Positions 49,988 through 60,002 of a stretch of DNA of 64,000 nucleotides are shown piece after piece; position 1 is the first letter of the stretch, and every line of letters starts with the position of its first letter. Source of the stretch: a virus. Both the position numbers and the translations under genes were made by a program. The stretch is taken from IMG/VR virus record IMGVR_UViG_3300039351_000006, one strand, 5' to 3'. The notes beneath the pieces are model-generated. The model was not told the origin of the DNA, searched no databases, and saw only the letters and a list, made by a program, of their open reading frames with translations.

Positions 49988-51232
49988 CTAGAGATTCAGC
50001 TCGTCAAAATCGTTATCCGCTGAAGCCGGAGTAGCCTCCGCAGCCGGAGTTGCGGGCTCAGCCTTCTTCTCCTCCGTAGGGGTGTCAACCGCACCGAGAA
50101 GGTCGGAAGCGTTAATCTGCGGAGCAGTAGCCTTACCCTGAATACCACCACCAGCAACCTTAGGCGCATCAATACCCGTTGGAGCAGAAGCAGAACCACC
50201 CTCAAGACCAAGGCGCACAATGCTGTTCTGAGACAGGAACTCATCACGCATACGGGCAAGCTCGTCATACGGGTGGAACACGCAAGCACCGACCTTCTCC
50301 CAGATGACATCAAGAGTCCATGGGTGAGAGCCTTCCTCAGGAATGAGGTTAGACCACTTATCACCCTCGACACGATGACCATCGCACTGAGCGTTGAAGT
50401 GCTTAGCCAGTGGAGCAAGCTCAGACTCCATGCTAGAGGTATCAACAAGGAGATTCACAGTCATATCACGACCGGAATTCATCTTGGATACACCCTGACC
50501 GTCAGGGTAGCTCACCAAGAACCAATGACCAACCGGAGAGGGCACCATGTTATTGCGATAGGCACTCTTCCACTTCTGCCACTGACCGTTAGTAGCCATC
50601 ATAAAGTACATCTTCGGCTCTTCGGACACCACGGCGAAAGAGCCGTCATCTTCGTCACGCTTGACCTCGACAACGCCGACCGGGAACACATGATTACGCG
50701 ACTTATCCTGGTCATCACCACCACGAATAGCAGTTACCAGACGAGTGCTATCAAACTTATCAGCGGCGTTAGTCCAATCCTGACCAGAAAGGTTCTCACC
50801 CGGATGAGCGGCCTCAACCTGCTCACGACGAAGTTTGTTACTGTCCTGAGCAGCCTCGCAAAGCGGACACATCTTCTTTGCTGCGTCATAACCAAATGCA
50901 GGGAGCGTCAGACCATTAATGCAGCGGTACGGACGACGGTAGTAAGAGGTCTTACCGTTGTTATCATACTTGGCAAGCACCTGATGAATGAGCGGCTTAT
51001 CATCGTTCAGAACTTCGATGGTGTCACCCTTCTTGTTCTTCATCTCGATGTAAGTACCAGTACCGTCCTCACGGAATACCCGCGGGATGTACATAAGGTA
51101 GGACTTACCCTGCTCAAAAGTCCAACGCGGATATGTGGGGTCATAGCTACCATTGTTCGGGAGAACAGCGGTCTGATTGCGAGTCTGGTCGATAATCGAC
51201 GCGAGAATACTCTTATCCTTGAAATTAACCAT
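49988..51232 (-). CDS. T4 gp32-like single-stranded DNA-binding protein
   Basis: Zinc-ligand arrangement C-x17-CPLCE resembling gp32 ...CPVCQ; acidic C-terminal tail DNDFDELNL. Confidence 0.55.
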   Translation of the reverse strand: MVNFKDKSILASIIDQTRNQTAVLPNNGSYDPTYPRWTFEQGKSYLMYIPRVFREDGTGTYIEMKNKKGDTIEVLNDDKPLIHQVLAKYDNNGKTSYYRRPYRCINGLTLPAFGYDAAKKMCPLCEAAQDSNKLRREQVEAAHPGENLSGQDWTNAADKFDSTRLVTAIRGGDDQDKSRNHVFPVGVVEVKRDEDDGSFAVVSEEPKMYFMMATNGQWQKWKSAYRNNMVPSPVGHWFLVSYPDGQGVSKMNSGRDMTVNLLVDTSSMESELAPLAKHFNAQCDGHRVEGDKWSNLIPEEGSHPWTLDVIWEKVGACVFHPYDELARMRDEFLSQNSIVRLGLEGGSASAPTGIDAPKVAGGGIQGKATAPQINASDLLGAVDTPTEEKKAEPATPAAEATPASADNDFDELNL

Positions 51233-51370
51233 AATAAATATTTCCTTACTAAAACTTTTTAATTAACTTTTGTTTACCTACTAATTACTTTTACAAAACG
51301 GCGGTGGATAACCGCCAACCACTTCTCCTTTCAACGGGGAACTATATAAGTATAACACAATTTTAAAAAA

Positions 51371-51871
51371 CTATTCAACAGGATTATAATTCTTATTATC
51401 CAACTTTTGAAGGTCATCCAGAACATAATTGCCACCGAGGGCAGGACGCATCATGTAAAATACCCTACCTTCCGGTGTATGCACCATTTTTATGGTATTA
51501 AGCAACCAACTTGTGAATTCCTTCGTATAAGTAGCACGCTTCATAACGCCCTTATCATTCTTCAGAAGCAGAAACGCACAGGAACCATTCGACACAAAAT
51601 CGTGCACACCCTTACTATCCTTAACTGGGAACAGCAAAGCAGGACTATTACCGATATTGTCTGTAATACCTTTGGACACCAAGGCTATATTATAGTTTTT
51701 AAATTTTCCTATCGAATGAATTTGATAGTCATTACCCCAAAGAACTTTAGTCCAACTATCAAATGACTGTCTCTTCAAGCCACTAACGGAGAACACGGAA
51801 AAAACAGGAGCGTCTTCTTCAGATTTTCGCACCACTCCCCACATACTACCCATATTTACTCTTTCACCCAC
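51371..51871 (-). CDS. hypothetical protein
   Basis: 166-aa ORF. Confidence 0.45.
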   Translation of the reverse strand: MGERVNMGSMWGVVRKSEEDAPVFSVFSVSGLKRQSFDSWTKVLWGNDYQIHSIGKFKNYNIALVSKGITDNIGNSPALLFPVKDSKGVHDFVSNGSCAFLLLKNDKGVMKRATYTKEFTSWLLNTIKMVHTPEGRVFYMMRPALGGNYVLDDLQKLDNKNYNPVE

Positions 51872-51915
51872 GGATTAATTTTTATTATAGTTTAACAAGC
51901 ATTAACCAATAAACG

Positions 51916-52557
51916 CTAACAATTAAGAAACTCTTCTGCGAAATAACGCTCTTCCTGACTTACCACGACAAACGCGCTTGCTTCCCTATCATTGATATTC
52001 TTATTTAACCTGTACTTTTTAAGATTCAGGCTTACCAAATTGTCAGGTAAACTATTAGCCAAACGCCAATAACTATTCACGCCGGCGAGCATCTTATCAC
52101 TTTTATCCGAGAGCACTACTTCCTTATTTTTATTCTTGGAAAAACCCTCAAGCAAAAACCACAACGTATACGGGTTATTGGTCTTAATATAAAAACCTGG
52201 GACATGAATGAAACTATCAGGATACTCGTTTACACGCCTACGACGCTGCTGACCGGAGGGGAGATGCAATTCATAATAATACCCGTTATCCTTATCATCT
52301 TTCACGTATTTGACTGTATAGCGATTAGGATATTTCCTATTCCCCAAAAACACGTTTTCTATGCTTCCAGCCAAATCCATGCCTGTAGTTTCTTTAAACT
52401 TATCCGCAACCCTAGAATAAGGAAGATTGAACAGCCATTTGATTAAATTAACCAACATTACCAACACCACTATGAAAAGGATTATAGCAACCACGAAAAG
52501 CAGGATGCTCTTCCAACTTATGCTATTTACCAGACCTTTTAGTATTTCGTTCACCAT
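51916..52557 (-). CDS. N-terminally membrane-anchored hypothetical protein
   Basis: 213 aa; TM helix ILLFVVAIILFIVVLVMLVNLI. Confidence 0.45.
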   Translation of the reverse strand: MVNEILKGLVNSISWKSILLFVVAIILFIVVLVMLVNLIKWLFNLPYSRVADKFKETTGMDLAGSIENVFLGNRKYPNRYTVKYVKDDKDNGYYYELHLPSGQQRRRRVNEYPDSFIHVPGFYIKTNNPYTLWFLLEGFSKNKNKEVVLSDKSDKMLAGVNSYWRLANSLPDNLVSLNLKKYRLNKNINDREASAFVVVSQEERYFAEEFLNC

Positions 52558-52800
52558 TATTCAACTCCCTAAAAACCATACAAATATTATAAAAGATATT
52601 ATTTAGCACTTTATGCTAGGCATTTACTACATTAAGTAAATATTACCTATTGCTGCAAATTACCGATAAACACCCTTTATTCGAGACTTTTCATAAATAT
52701 TATCAATATTCAACGCTAGTATAGCGCCTACTTGATATTGACAAGCATTCAGTCATAACAAAAGCCCTTGAAACTCCCTAAAATTTCAAGGACTTTATAT

Positions 52801-54885
52801 TTATTTAATAGTGAAGAAGAAATTCTCATCAATTAAGCAAATATCTTCTTTATTAGTGCTTCGACCGATAGTTAAAACAACATCAGCGTCTTCCTTATCA
52901 TCAACCCATGTAATACCCCAAGCCTCTCCTAAATACCCCAAGTAGGTTTCAAGAGTGAAGAGGAATTCACCAATAGCCTCTTTCTGGTTGCGAATCATTC
53001 GCAGGCTGGCATTATCCTTATTAAAGATAATTTCGGCCATATTAAGATTGTAAACAGAGGCATTCAAATCGTCACTGAAGAGAAGATTTTTGCTATCAAA
53101 CGTAGTGACATTTTTCTTGCCTAGGTCTTCTCGGGAGATTTGCTCTGCTCCGAACTTAGCAGTTTTAATATTGCTAAACAAAGAGCAATGAGCATACGCT
53201 TGCAACTCCATTGTAATCTGAGCAATATTACTTTCAGAGGCTTTGACCATATCAATGTCGATGTATTCTTCAGCAGGCAACCTGCTGGAAGTCACATCAC
53301 CACTCATTACGATGCCAGCATTTCTGAAGTCACTATTCCAGCCAATATGAACAACTTCACCATCCCTGCGGACAGCAAAAGCGTGCATATCCAAATCAAC
53401 CATTCTAATCTCGTCCTGCCAGAACATGAAGAACCTTAAATACCCATCCTCTGGTAAGGAGTAGGCCATACCATTCGGTGGGTAGGAATTATCAGTCTGT
53501 CCGTTATCACTGGGAAGCAGTACACTACCGCACTTACTGATACCTTCTTCGGAAAGGTAGACTTTCTTGCCAGCAAGCCTATCATCCTTCTTGCCAAGCA
53601 GGTTACTCTTCAAAGCCGAGCAGAGCAAGTTAAGAGTGATGACATTCTCCGTGTCTAGTGTATCCCCATAATTAGGAGCCTTACTGAATTTGGTAATAGT
53701 TCTCACCAACGTTGCACGTGACATCTTACCGGCAACGCGAGTAAGACTATCTTCCAAGACTTGATATTCAGTGGGCTTGAAACCACTTTTAACAGAGTAG
53801 GTAAGCTTATCAACGCCAACAACCCTTACCACCCTACGTAGTGCCCGCAGGTACACACCTGGGCGCTTCTCCAAGAAAGCAAGCAAATCATGCAGAGTAT
53901 TTTTGCCGTTGGAATACCCTGTGATAAGCCTATCCAAATTGGAGTTAATGCTCTTAATTTTGCCAAGGCGCACTTGGTTAACGGCTTCCACATTAGACTT
54001 GCTATTAGAGAAACGCTTATAGGAGATTCTCTGAATTGCATAGGCATCAGAAACCTTCGCGTCGGCAAGATTATTAGCCAGCACACTGGACGAATACCCA
54101 TCGAATAGCCAGCTGAAAGCCTTCTTGTACTTGGTTGGCAGGCTCTTACCCAGACTGTCAGCAACATAATTAACAGTCTTCAAAACATCCATCGGATTGG
54201 ACAAAAGCGCACTTGCAGCAGCATATAATTCCTTGGATGGAACGCCATCCCTGATTAACAGGTAAACCAAGGCAGTGGCGTTCTCCTTAAACGCCACATC
54301 AATACTACCGGAATACCCTGAGCCTAGCAGCACTTCGGCAACCGACCTGATTTGCACTTCCGTCATGCGCACAGGGGAGGCCAAGTCTTTCTTGGCTTTT
54401 TCTACCACTTCTTTGTAGCCGAAATACAACGGCAGAACGGTGAGGCTGCCCTTGGCGAAGGTCTGACCCTTAGTCTCTTCTTTGGTATTTTCGGGCAACC
54501 AACCGACCGGAACGTCTTCAATACCCGAGTCTCTGATGCCATACGTGCTTAGATAATGCATAATTTGGATGAAGCGATACTTAGCCTCACCCATTGCCAG
54601 TACTTCGTCAGGGAAACCAGAGATTAAAGGTCTGCCACTATGCTTCGGCAGCAACTCTTGCAGCTCTGCGACAGGATTAAAATCTGCGTTACTATGCAAG
54701 GTGTAGTACTTCGCCAAGGATTCAATACCCTCTGCCGTGAGGGTGAAACCCAGTTCCACCAACGCCGCATTGCAGCTTACAGCGGATTGCATACCCTCAT
54801 CAGATACAGTGTTGCTCTCTTCAAGCGAGGGCACCCAGAGACTCTGATATGCACCATAATACGACTTGCTAACCAAACCGGTCAT
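52801..54885 (-). CDS. large hypothetical protein
   Basis: 694-aa ORF with no motif I can assign. Confidence 0.5.
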   Translation of the reverse strand: MTGLVSKSYYGAYQSLWVPSLEESNTVSDEGMQSAVSCNAALVELGFTLTAEGIESLAKYYTLHSNADFNPVAELQELLPKHSGRPLISGFPDEVLAMGEAKYRFIQIMHYLSTYGIRDSGIEDVPVGWLPENTKEETKGQTFAKGSLTVLPLYFGYKEVVEKAKKDLASPVRMTEVQIRSVAEVLLGSGYSGSIDVAFKENATALVYLLIRDGVPSKELYAAASALLSNPMDVLKTVNYVADSLGKSLPTKYKKAFSWLFDGYSSSVLANNLADAKVSDAYAIQRISYKRFSNSKSNVEAVNQVRLGKIKSINSNLDRLITGYSNGKNTLHDLLAFLEKRPGVYLRALRRVVRVVGVDKLTYSVKSGFKPTEYQVLEDSLTRVAGKMSRATLVRTITKFSKAPNYGDTLDTENVITLNLLCSALKSNLLGKKDDRLAGKKVYLSEEGISKCGSVLLPSDNGQTDNSYPPNGMAYSLPEDGYLRFFMFWQDEIRMVDLDMHAFAVRRDGEVVHIGWNSDFRNAGIVMSGDVTSSRLPAEEYIDIDMVKASESNIAQITMELQAYAHCSLFSNIKTAKFGAEQISREDLGKKNVTTFDSKNLLFSDDLNASVYNLNMAEIIFNKDNASLRMIRNQKEAIGEFLFTLETYLGYLGEAWGITWVDDKEDADVVLTIGRSTNKEDICLIDENFFFTIK

Positions 54886-55100
54886 GTCTTATACCTTCCC
54901 TTTAAACGGACAGTACACCAACTATAACAACTCTTAAGTAAAAAGCCCAGCAAATTCAAAATGAATCTGCTGGGCTCCCTAGTAGAAAGGTGTCGTGACT
55001 ACCGCGCCGTGTCAGTAATTTTAGCCAAAATAATTAAAAGTAACGGCATCGAACGTCTCGAACCTATTCATATTAACAAGGATTTACCTACAACGAGCAG

Positions 55101-55691
55101 CTATTTAACAAAAGAATCCGAATAGTTGTTAAGAAAATTCCAGCTATCATCGCCCTGTAGTCTTTTCAGAGCATCAGCTATCTCTTTATACTTATTATAC
55201 CGAGCGTACCTCTTCACCGGCATAAACGTGTAATAGGAGAACAGAGCCACAATATAATCCATGTCAACTTTTCCATTGAGCATTACGTTTCTCTCGACGT
55301 AATCACCAAAACATAATACTGCTTCTAGACACTCACCCAATTTTTCTTTGCCAAGAATACCCTTTTGCTTACTACGCAAAATGAAGTTTCCACAGGATGT
55401 CTCAAGATTCAGCCAATAATTAACTTCTTCCCCAAACGTGTAGATGCAGTTTACATCAAAGTGATAACCAATGGAGTGACCCCACACCTCTGTACCCAAG
55501 ATAAAGTCTGCGCCATCAATAATTTCTTGGAAATATTTACCATACTTGTTCTTCAGGCTTTCCTCAAAATGCACTTTTCTGTTGGATGGCCTGCCGAAAA
55601 CGAAAGCCTTTTTATTTTTCAGCTTACTGAAAATAGCCTCTTTTAGCTGGCCATTTAAGATATCCATATACTCTAGCTGCGATTTAAGCAT
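55101..55691 (-). CDS. hypothetical protein
   Basis: 196-aa ORF. Confidence 0.45.
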   Translation of the reverse strand: MLKSQLEYMDILNGQLKEAIFSKLKNKKAFVFGRPSNRKVHFEESLKNKYGKYFQEIIDGADFILGTEVWGHSIGYHFDVNCIYTFGEEVNYWLNLETSCGNFILRSKQKGILGKEKLGECLEAVLCFGDYVERNVMLNGKVDMDYIVALFSYYTFMPVKRYARYNKYKEIADALKRLQGDDSWNFLNNYSDSFVK

Positions 55692-56191
55692 TCTGGCAAA
55701 ATCTTCATGCGTCGTGGGGCATACTCAAACTTATAATAATCATCAAATTGACTTCTCATTCGGGTAAGCCTCTTCAAATCACTAGTCTGGAAATACCCGA
55801 TGTGCAGAGTATTCTAACTCCTATTGATGTAATAGAAGTTATTCCCAATACCCTTGTCGTAGAAACTAACAGTATTGCCGTCGATGAAGTAATCAAAAAT
55901 TGGTTTATTTAATACCCTCTGAATGATTCTCAACTCTTTTGATACACTGAAGTCAGTGAACACCGTATCACGACGAAGAACCTCCGCAACGGAGAGATTA
56001 AACTACATTCTAAAGTAATCCTCATACTTAGGCAAAGCCATGTAATCCTGAGGATATTTTCCCTTAGACATGTATCCTTCCAAGTCAGAAGTGCTTACAG
56101 TTTGAATACGACCTGTACTATACTTAAGCCAAACGATGTATTTATCATCAAGTGAAATTACCTTATCAGTATCCAAAATACGCAGTGGCAT
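55692..56191 (-). pseudogene. coding-like stretch interrupted by two in-frame TAG codons (56003-56005 and 55814-55816)
   Basis: One minus-strand frame reads 62 aa, TAG, 62 aa, TAG, >40 aa with no other stops; only the first segment (56003..56191) appears in the ORF track. Confidence 0.35.
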
Positions 56192-56271
56192 TGGACATCC
56201 TTTCTACAAATAGAGGGCATACACCCAAAAGTATATGCCCTCTATTATACTAGAACTTCTACAAATAATGA

Positions 56272-57495
56272 TTACTCTTCTGAAACGACCTGAATAACGC
56301 CGGTATTATCGTCGTCATCGTCAGACGGAATACCCTGCTCCTGCGTAGTATTCACGAGAGCGGCGAGGCCATCATCTGTGGCATCAGACTTGCCGGCATC
56401 CTCCACGATACTAGACTTATCGTCGGAATCCGAGTCTTCCGGTGTGTCTTGCGTATTCTTGATGGCTGTAGGCTCCAAGTCAGGCACGTCATACTTCTTA
56501 GCCGACTCGACGCTGAGAGCATCAACAGCCAGAGAAGTCTCACGATAGCTCTGCATATCCTCAGCCTTCTGAATACCACCAATCGAAATAGGAGTGTAAG
56601 CCTCATCCTGTAGAACTTCCACAGGCTTAGTCTTCTCCTCAATGGACTTCAGCATTTCCATGGCCTTGGAATACCCGTCTTCCAGCTGAGAGTGCATCTC
56701 ATTCACAGCGGACAGAACAGAATTGACATACTCCTTATATTCGGTGAAGCCGGAACCAAGCTTCTCGTTGGCGACATCCTGCTGCTCATTGCCCGCCTTC
56801 ATGAGGGCATCATACTGATTAGCAGCCCGCATAAGCAGCTCAGCAGAGTTATGCTTGGCAGTTTCGACAATACCCTTGGCCTTGTTCTGAGCGTCCTTCA
56901 TGGTGATTTCAGCACGCTTTGTTGCGGAATCTTCAATAATTTGAGCAGAGTTACCAAGAGTTGCCCAGAGGTTACCGTCATGAGCCTTCTTAGCTTCTTC
57001 AAGCAAGCCCTCCAACTCAGCGATGCGAACCTTCAGATGCTCATCGGTGCTATTTTCGAGCTTCTCAATCTCCATCTTCTGAGACTCAACCTGCGCACGG
57101 AGAACGCCCTCATCAGAAGAGGCATCAAGAATACCCCTGGCCGTCTCTTTTGCGGCCAGCTTCTCCTTAAGGGCGGCAATTTCTGCGTCCTTCTCTTGAA
57201 TAGTCTTGATGCTATTCTGGTTTTCAGTATTCAGCCGAGTAATTGCTTCTGTTGCCTTGGCCGCTTGCTCTTGTAGCGCCTTCACGTCGGATTCACCGGA
57301 CGAGTAGGCTTGCAAATTGGCCTTAAGCTGAGCGTTCTCATTACGAAGGTCAGTGACTTCCTTATTCCGAGAAACCCATGCCTTATCAATATAATCAATA
57401 AAGGCCTCAACCTGGCCCTTATTATAACCGTTAAAAGCATTCTCAAAGTTCATCTGCTCTGAGAATGTCGTTGGCGCATTAGACATAATATCCAC
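56272..57495 (-). CDS. DivIVA-domain coiled-coil protein
   Basis: N-terminal FENAFNGYNKGQVEAFIDYIDKAWVSRNKEVTDLRNENAQLKANL matches the DivIVA N-domain pattern; long coiled coil; acidic C-terminus. Confidence 0.6.
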   Translation of the reverse strand: MDIMSNAPTTFSEQMNFENAFNGYNKGQVEAFIDYIDKAWVSRNKEVTDLRNENAQLKANLQAYSSGESDVKALQEQAAKATEAITRLNTENQNSIKTIQEKDAEIAALKEKLAAKETARGILDASSDEGVLRAQVESQKMEIEKLENSTDEHLKVRIAELEGLLEEAKKAHDGNLWATLGNSAQIIEDSATKRAEITMKDAQNKAKGIVETAKHNSAELLMRAANQYDALMKAGNEQQDVANEKLGSGFTEYKEYVNSVLSAVNEMHSQLEDGYSKAMEMLKSIEEKTKPVEVLQDEAYTPISIGGIQKAEDMQSYRETSLAVDALSVESAKKYDVPDLEPTAIKNTQDTPEDSDSDDKSSIVEDAGKSDATDDGLAALVNTTQEQGIPSDDDDDNTGVIQVVSEE

Positions 57496-57856
57496 CTATC
57501 TACTTGCTTGTCTAACAAACACCACCAGTATACCAGATATTACTACAACAAAATAGAAAATGGGTGGTTACATTCAAACAAATGCAACCGCCCAATGCTA
57601 TGATTTCAAATGGCCAACTAGCAGAACGCCGAATAATTCTGCCAAAACCCAGTATAGCACAATATTATAGAACCAGCAAGCAATACTTACTATCTAAATT
57701 ATCTTTTTATAATACTTCCAAACCAAATAAAGATAATTATAATCTATAAAATTACCATATTTAGTAATTAAGAACCAAAGATAAATACTTTATAACCAAA
57801 ACAGAAACAGTGCCAATTATACAATTGGCACTGTTTATATTATGCTCCGAATACTA

Positions 57857-58476
57857 CTAGAAGTAGTATGACGAGGACAAACCAAAACCCCTAATCAACT
57901 CCAGCGCTGTCAAAGCCAAAATGACAATACTGATAATCATACCGGCGGTGGCAAGACCTTTACCACGTTCATTAATACCCTGTTGGGCTTTCTCAGCAAT
58001 CTCTTTTCGTGCCAGAATACTGAACACCAAACCGGCGATACTCAGCAAACCGAAGAACGACAGCACGAAACCGGCAATTGCTTTACCATTCCATTTGTCG
58101 GTTGAAACGGGCTGCTGATAATACCCAGACATAGGTGGTTGCTGATAAGGCTGGGTAGGCTGCGCGCCATAACCATTCTGCTGGTAAGACTGAGCATAAC
58201 CCTGCTGCGCCTCAGGCATCTGAGGCTGAGCGTAACCGGCGTTCTGAGGCTGCTGATAGCCCTGCGTTGCATCAGGTTGCGGCTGGGCGTAACCAGTGTT
58301 CTGCGGCTGGGCGTAACCAGTGTTCTGCGGCTGCGGATAACCTTGCGTGTTATCCGGTTGGCCATAGCCTTGCTGCTGTTAACCTTGTGTATTATCAGGC
58401 TGGGCATAACCTTGCTGCTGCGGCTGCTGATAGCCCTGACCAGACGTAGTATAGCCTTGCTGTTGACCGTAACCAT
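57857..58476 (-). pseudogene. Q/Y/P-rich repeat N-terminus + two-TM C-terminal domain (DUF4190-like), interrupted by an in-frame TAA
   Basis: Repeats QPDNTQGYPQPQNTGYAQ...; at ~58380 the repeat reads QG-TAA-QQQGY where GY is expected (TAT to TAA); C-terminal TM helices AIAGFVLSFFGLLSIAGLVFSIL and GMIISIVILALTALELI. Confidence 0.45.
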
Positions 58477-58549
58477 AATTGTTAGGCGCGTTATTAAAAT
58501 CAGTCATACTTTCTCCTTTTTAAGTTGACTTTTCAAAACATGAAAATGC

Positions 58550-59254
58550 TTAACCCTCTTCACAAGTGCCACTATAAGTACCGCCCGCCAATTCACAAAC
58601 AGCCCTTAAACCCTTATCCCTGACACTTGGAATATTCTGCAAAGCCTGAACCCTGTCTTTGAAACTCTGAATACCCTGAGCAGCTTGCAAAGCAGCGTCA
58701 TCTTGAGCCTGCTTCTCAGCTTGCTCAGCTTTCCGCTTTTCTTTCTCAACATCAGTTTTCTTGGCATTTTGGGAGGTTTTAATACTCTCCAGCAACTTGC
58801 TTATAGAGTTACTAACGGTATTAATTGCATCTTTATCGTCGCTTTGCATAAGGCCATCAACAGTACCCAACAAAGCTTGCAAGTCGGACTTATAGTGCTT
58901 GTCAGCATCTTTTAGCGAGTTTTCATCCAGACTATTGTAAATACCCTCTGCTTGATCTCTAACGGCTGAGAGGGCGTTCTTGGCGTCAGCCAGAGGCTTA
59001 GCTTTCTTCTCCTCGTCTATTCGAGTAATGCAGTTGTTTATTCGGGAGAGCACTTTTCTCGCTTCAGCCACCCTGGAATTCTGCCTATCCACATCAACGG
59101 AGGACATTGTATAGTATTCACTCTCATCTGAGACAGCCATTAAATCTAATTTACTTTGCAAGCTAGTCAACTCGGTAGCAGCTTTGCTATTCGGTACGGC
59201 GGTTTTCAAAGCCTCAGCTGCTTTTTGATTGGTTGAATCAATATCCTTTTGCAA
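58550..59254 (-). CDS. coiled-coil hypothetical protein with Cys-containing C-terminus
   Basis: 234-aa ORF. Confidence 0.5.
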   Translation of the reverse strand: MQKDIDSTNQKAAEALKTAVPNSKAATELTSLQSKLDLMAVSDESEYYTMSSVDVDRQNSRVAEARKVLSRINNCITRIDEEKKAKPLADAKNALSAVRDQAEGIYNSLDENSLKDADKHYKSDLQALLGTVDGLMQSDDKDAINTVSNSISKLLESIKTSQNAKKTDVEKEKRKAEQAEKQAQDDAALQAAQGIQSFKDRVQALQNIPSVRDKGLRAVCELAGGTYSGTCEEG

Positions 59255-59259
59255 GGACT

Positions 59260-59463
59260 CTATATTTTCTTAGAGTTATTTATCTCCGAGGCGCTTGCTT
59301 TTCTACTGAGGCCAATACCCGAATTCAGGCCGGTGTAAACGTAGTAATTAATCCCTACGGTTATTCCTAAGAATATCAGGAAAACCAGCAGGATCACCAC
59401 GTTTTTCTGTTTGTGGGTTAACTCGGAATTTACAGGCTCTTCCACGAAATCAGTTGAGGTCAT
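59260..59463 (-). CDS. small single-TM protein
   Basis: 67 aa. Confidence 0.4.
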   Translation of the reverse strand: MTSTDFVEEPVNSELTHKQKNVVILLVFLIFLGITVGINYYVYTGLNSGIGLSRKASASEINNSKKI

Positions 59464-59471
59464 GACTTCCC

Positions 59472-60002
59472 CTAATCAATATGAGATTCCAAGGCCTTCA
59501 AACTACTCATAGGCACTTGATTAAGACCCGATTTAATGTCGTTTTCCAGCAATTCCAACCTTGACTTGGAGAGCATACGCCAGTCTGAAATACCCCACAT
59601 TTCCACATCCGTAGGGCCTTCCACTTCAAATGTTTTAGAATACTGAGGATAATTACTGAACGCCTGGCAACCCGTACTCAAGACACCTTTGTCTGCAATA
59701 CCCATGTATTTCTCAGCCAAAGACATGGCATTCTTATCCAAGCAAGCCCTAGAGTAATATTTAACAGACTCATAGTCTCTTACGCGGATGTAGGCAGACA
59801 GCAATTTGCCGTTCTTCCATACCAGCAAGGCCTTAGCCAAATGATTCCAAGGTGTTTCACCACCCTTGTAACCGGAAATTTCAAGACCCAGAATTACACC
59901 ATTTTCAGGGGTCAGATACAGCATATTTACTCCTAGTCTACTGTGAAGCCGGACATTTGCTGCAGGAACGGGATAGTACTTGTCGCCCAAGGATACACCC
60001 AC
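59472..60002 (-). CDS. hypothetical protein
   Basis: 176-aa ORF; start may be an internal Met because the first 70 nt overlap the sortase gene. Confidence 0.45.
   Translation of the reverse strand: MGVSLGDKYYPVPAANVRLHSRLGVNMLYLTPENGVILGLEISGYKGGETPWNHLAKALLVWKNGKLLSAYIRVRDYESVKYYSRACLDKNAMSLAEKYMGIADKGVLSTGCQAFSNYPQYSKTFEVEGPTDVEMWGISDWRMLSKSRLELLENDIKSGLNQVPMSSLKALESHID

Noticed and set aside
55692-58476. Genome-wide stop-codon reassignment (TAG or TAA read as sense)
   Set aside because: TAG and TAA both terminate many well-delimited conserved genes here, including the DHH phosphoesterase. Two genes end TAG-TAA. None of the four tRNAs has a CUA or UUA stop-reading anticodon.
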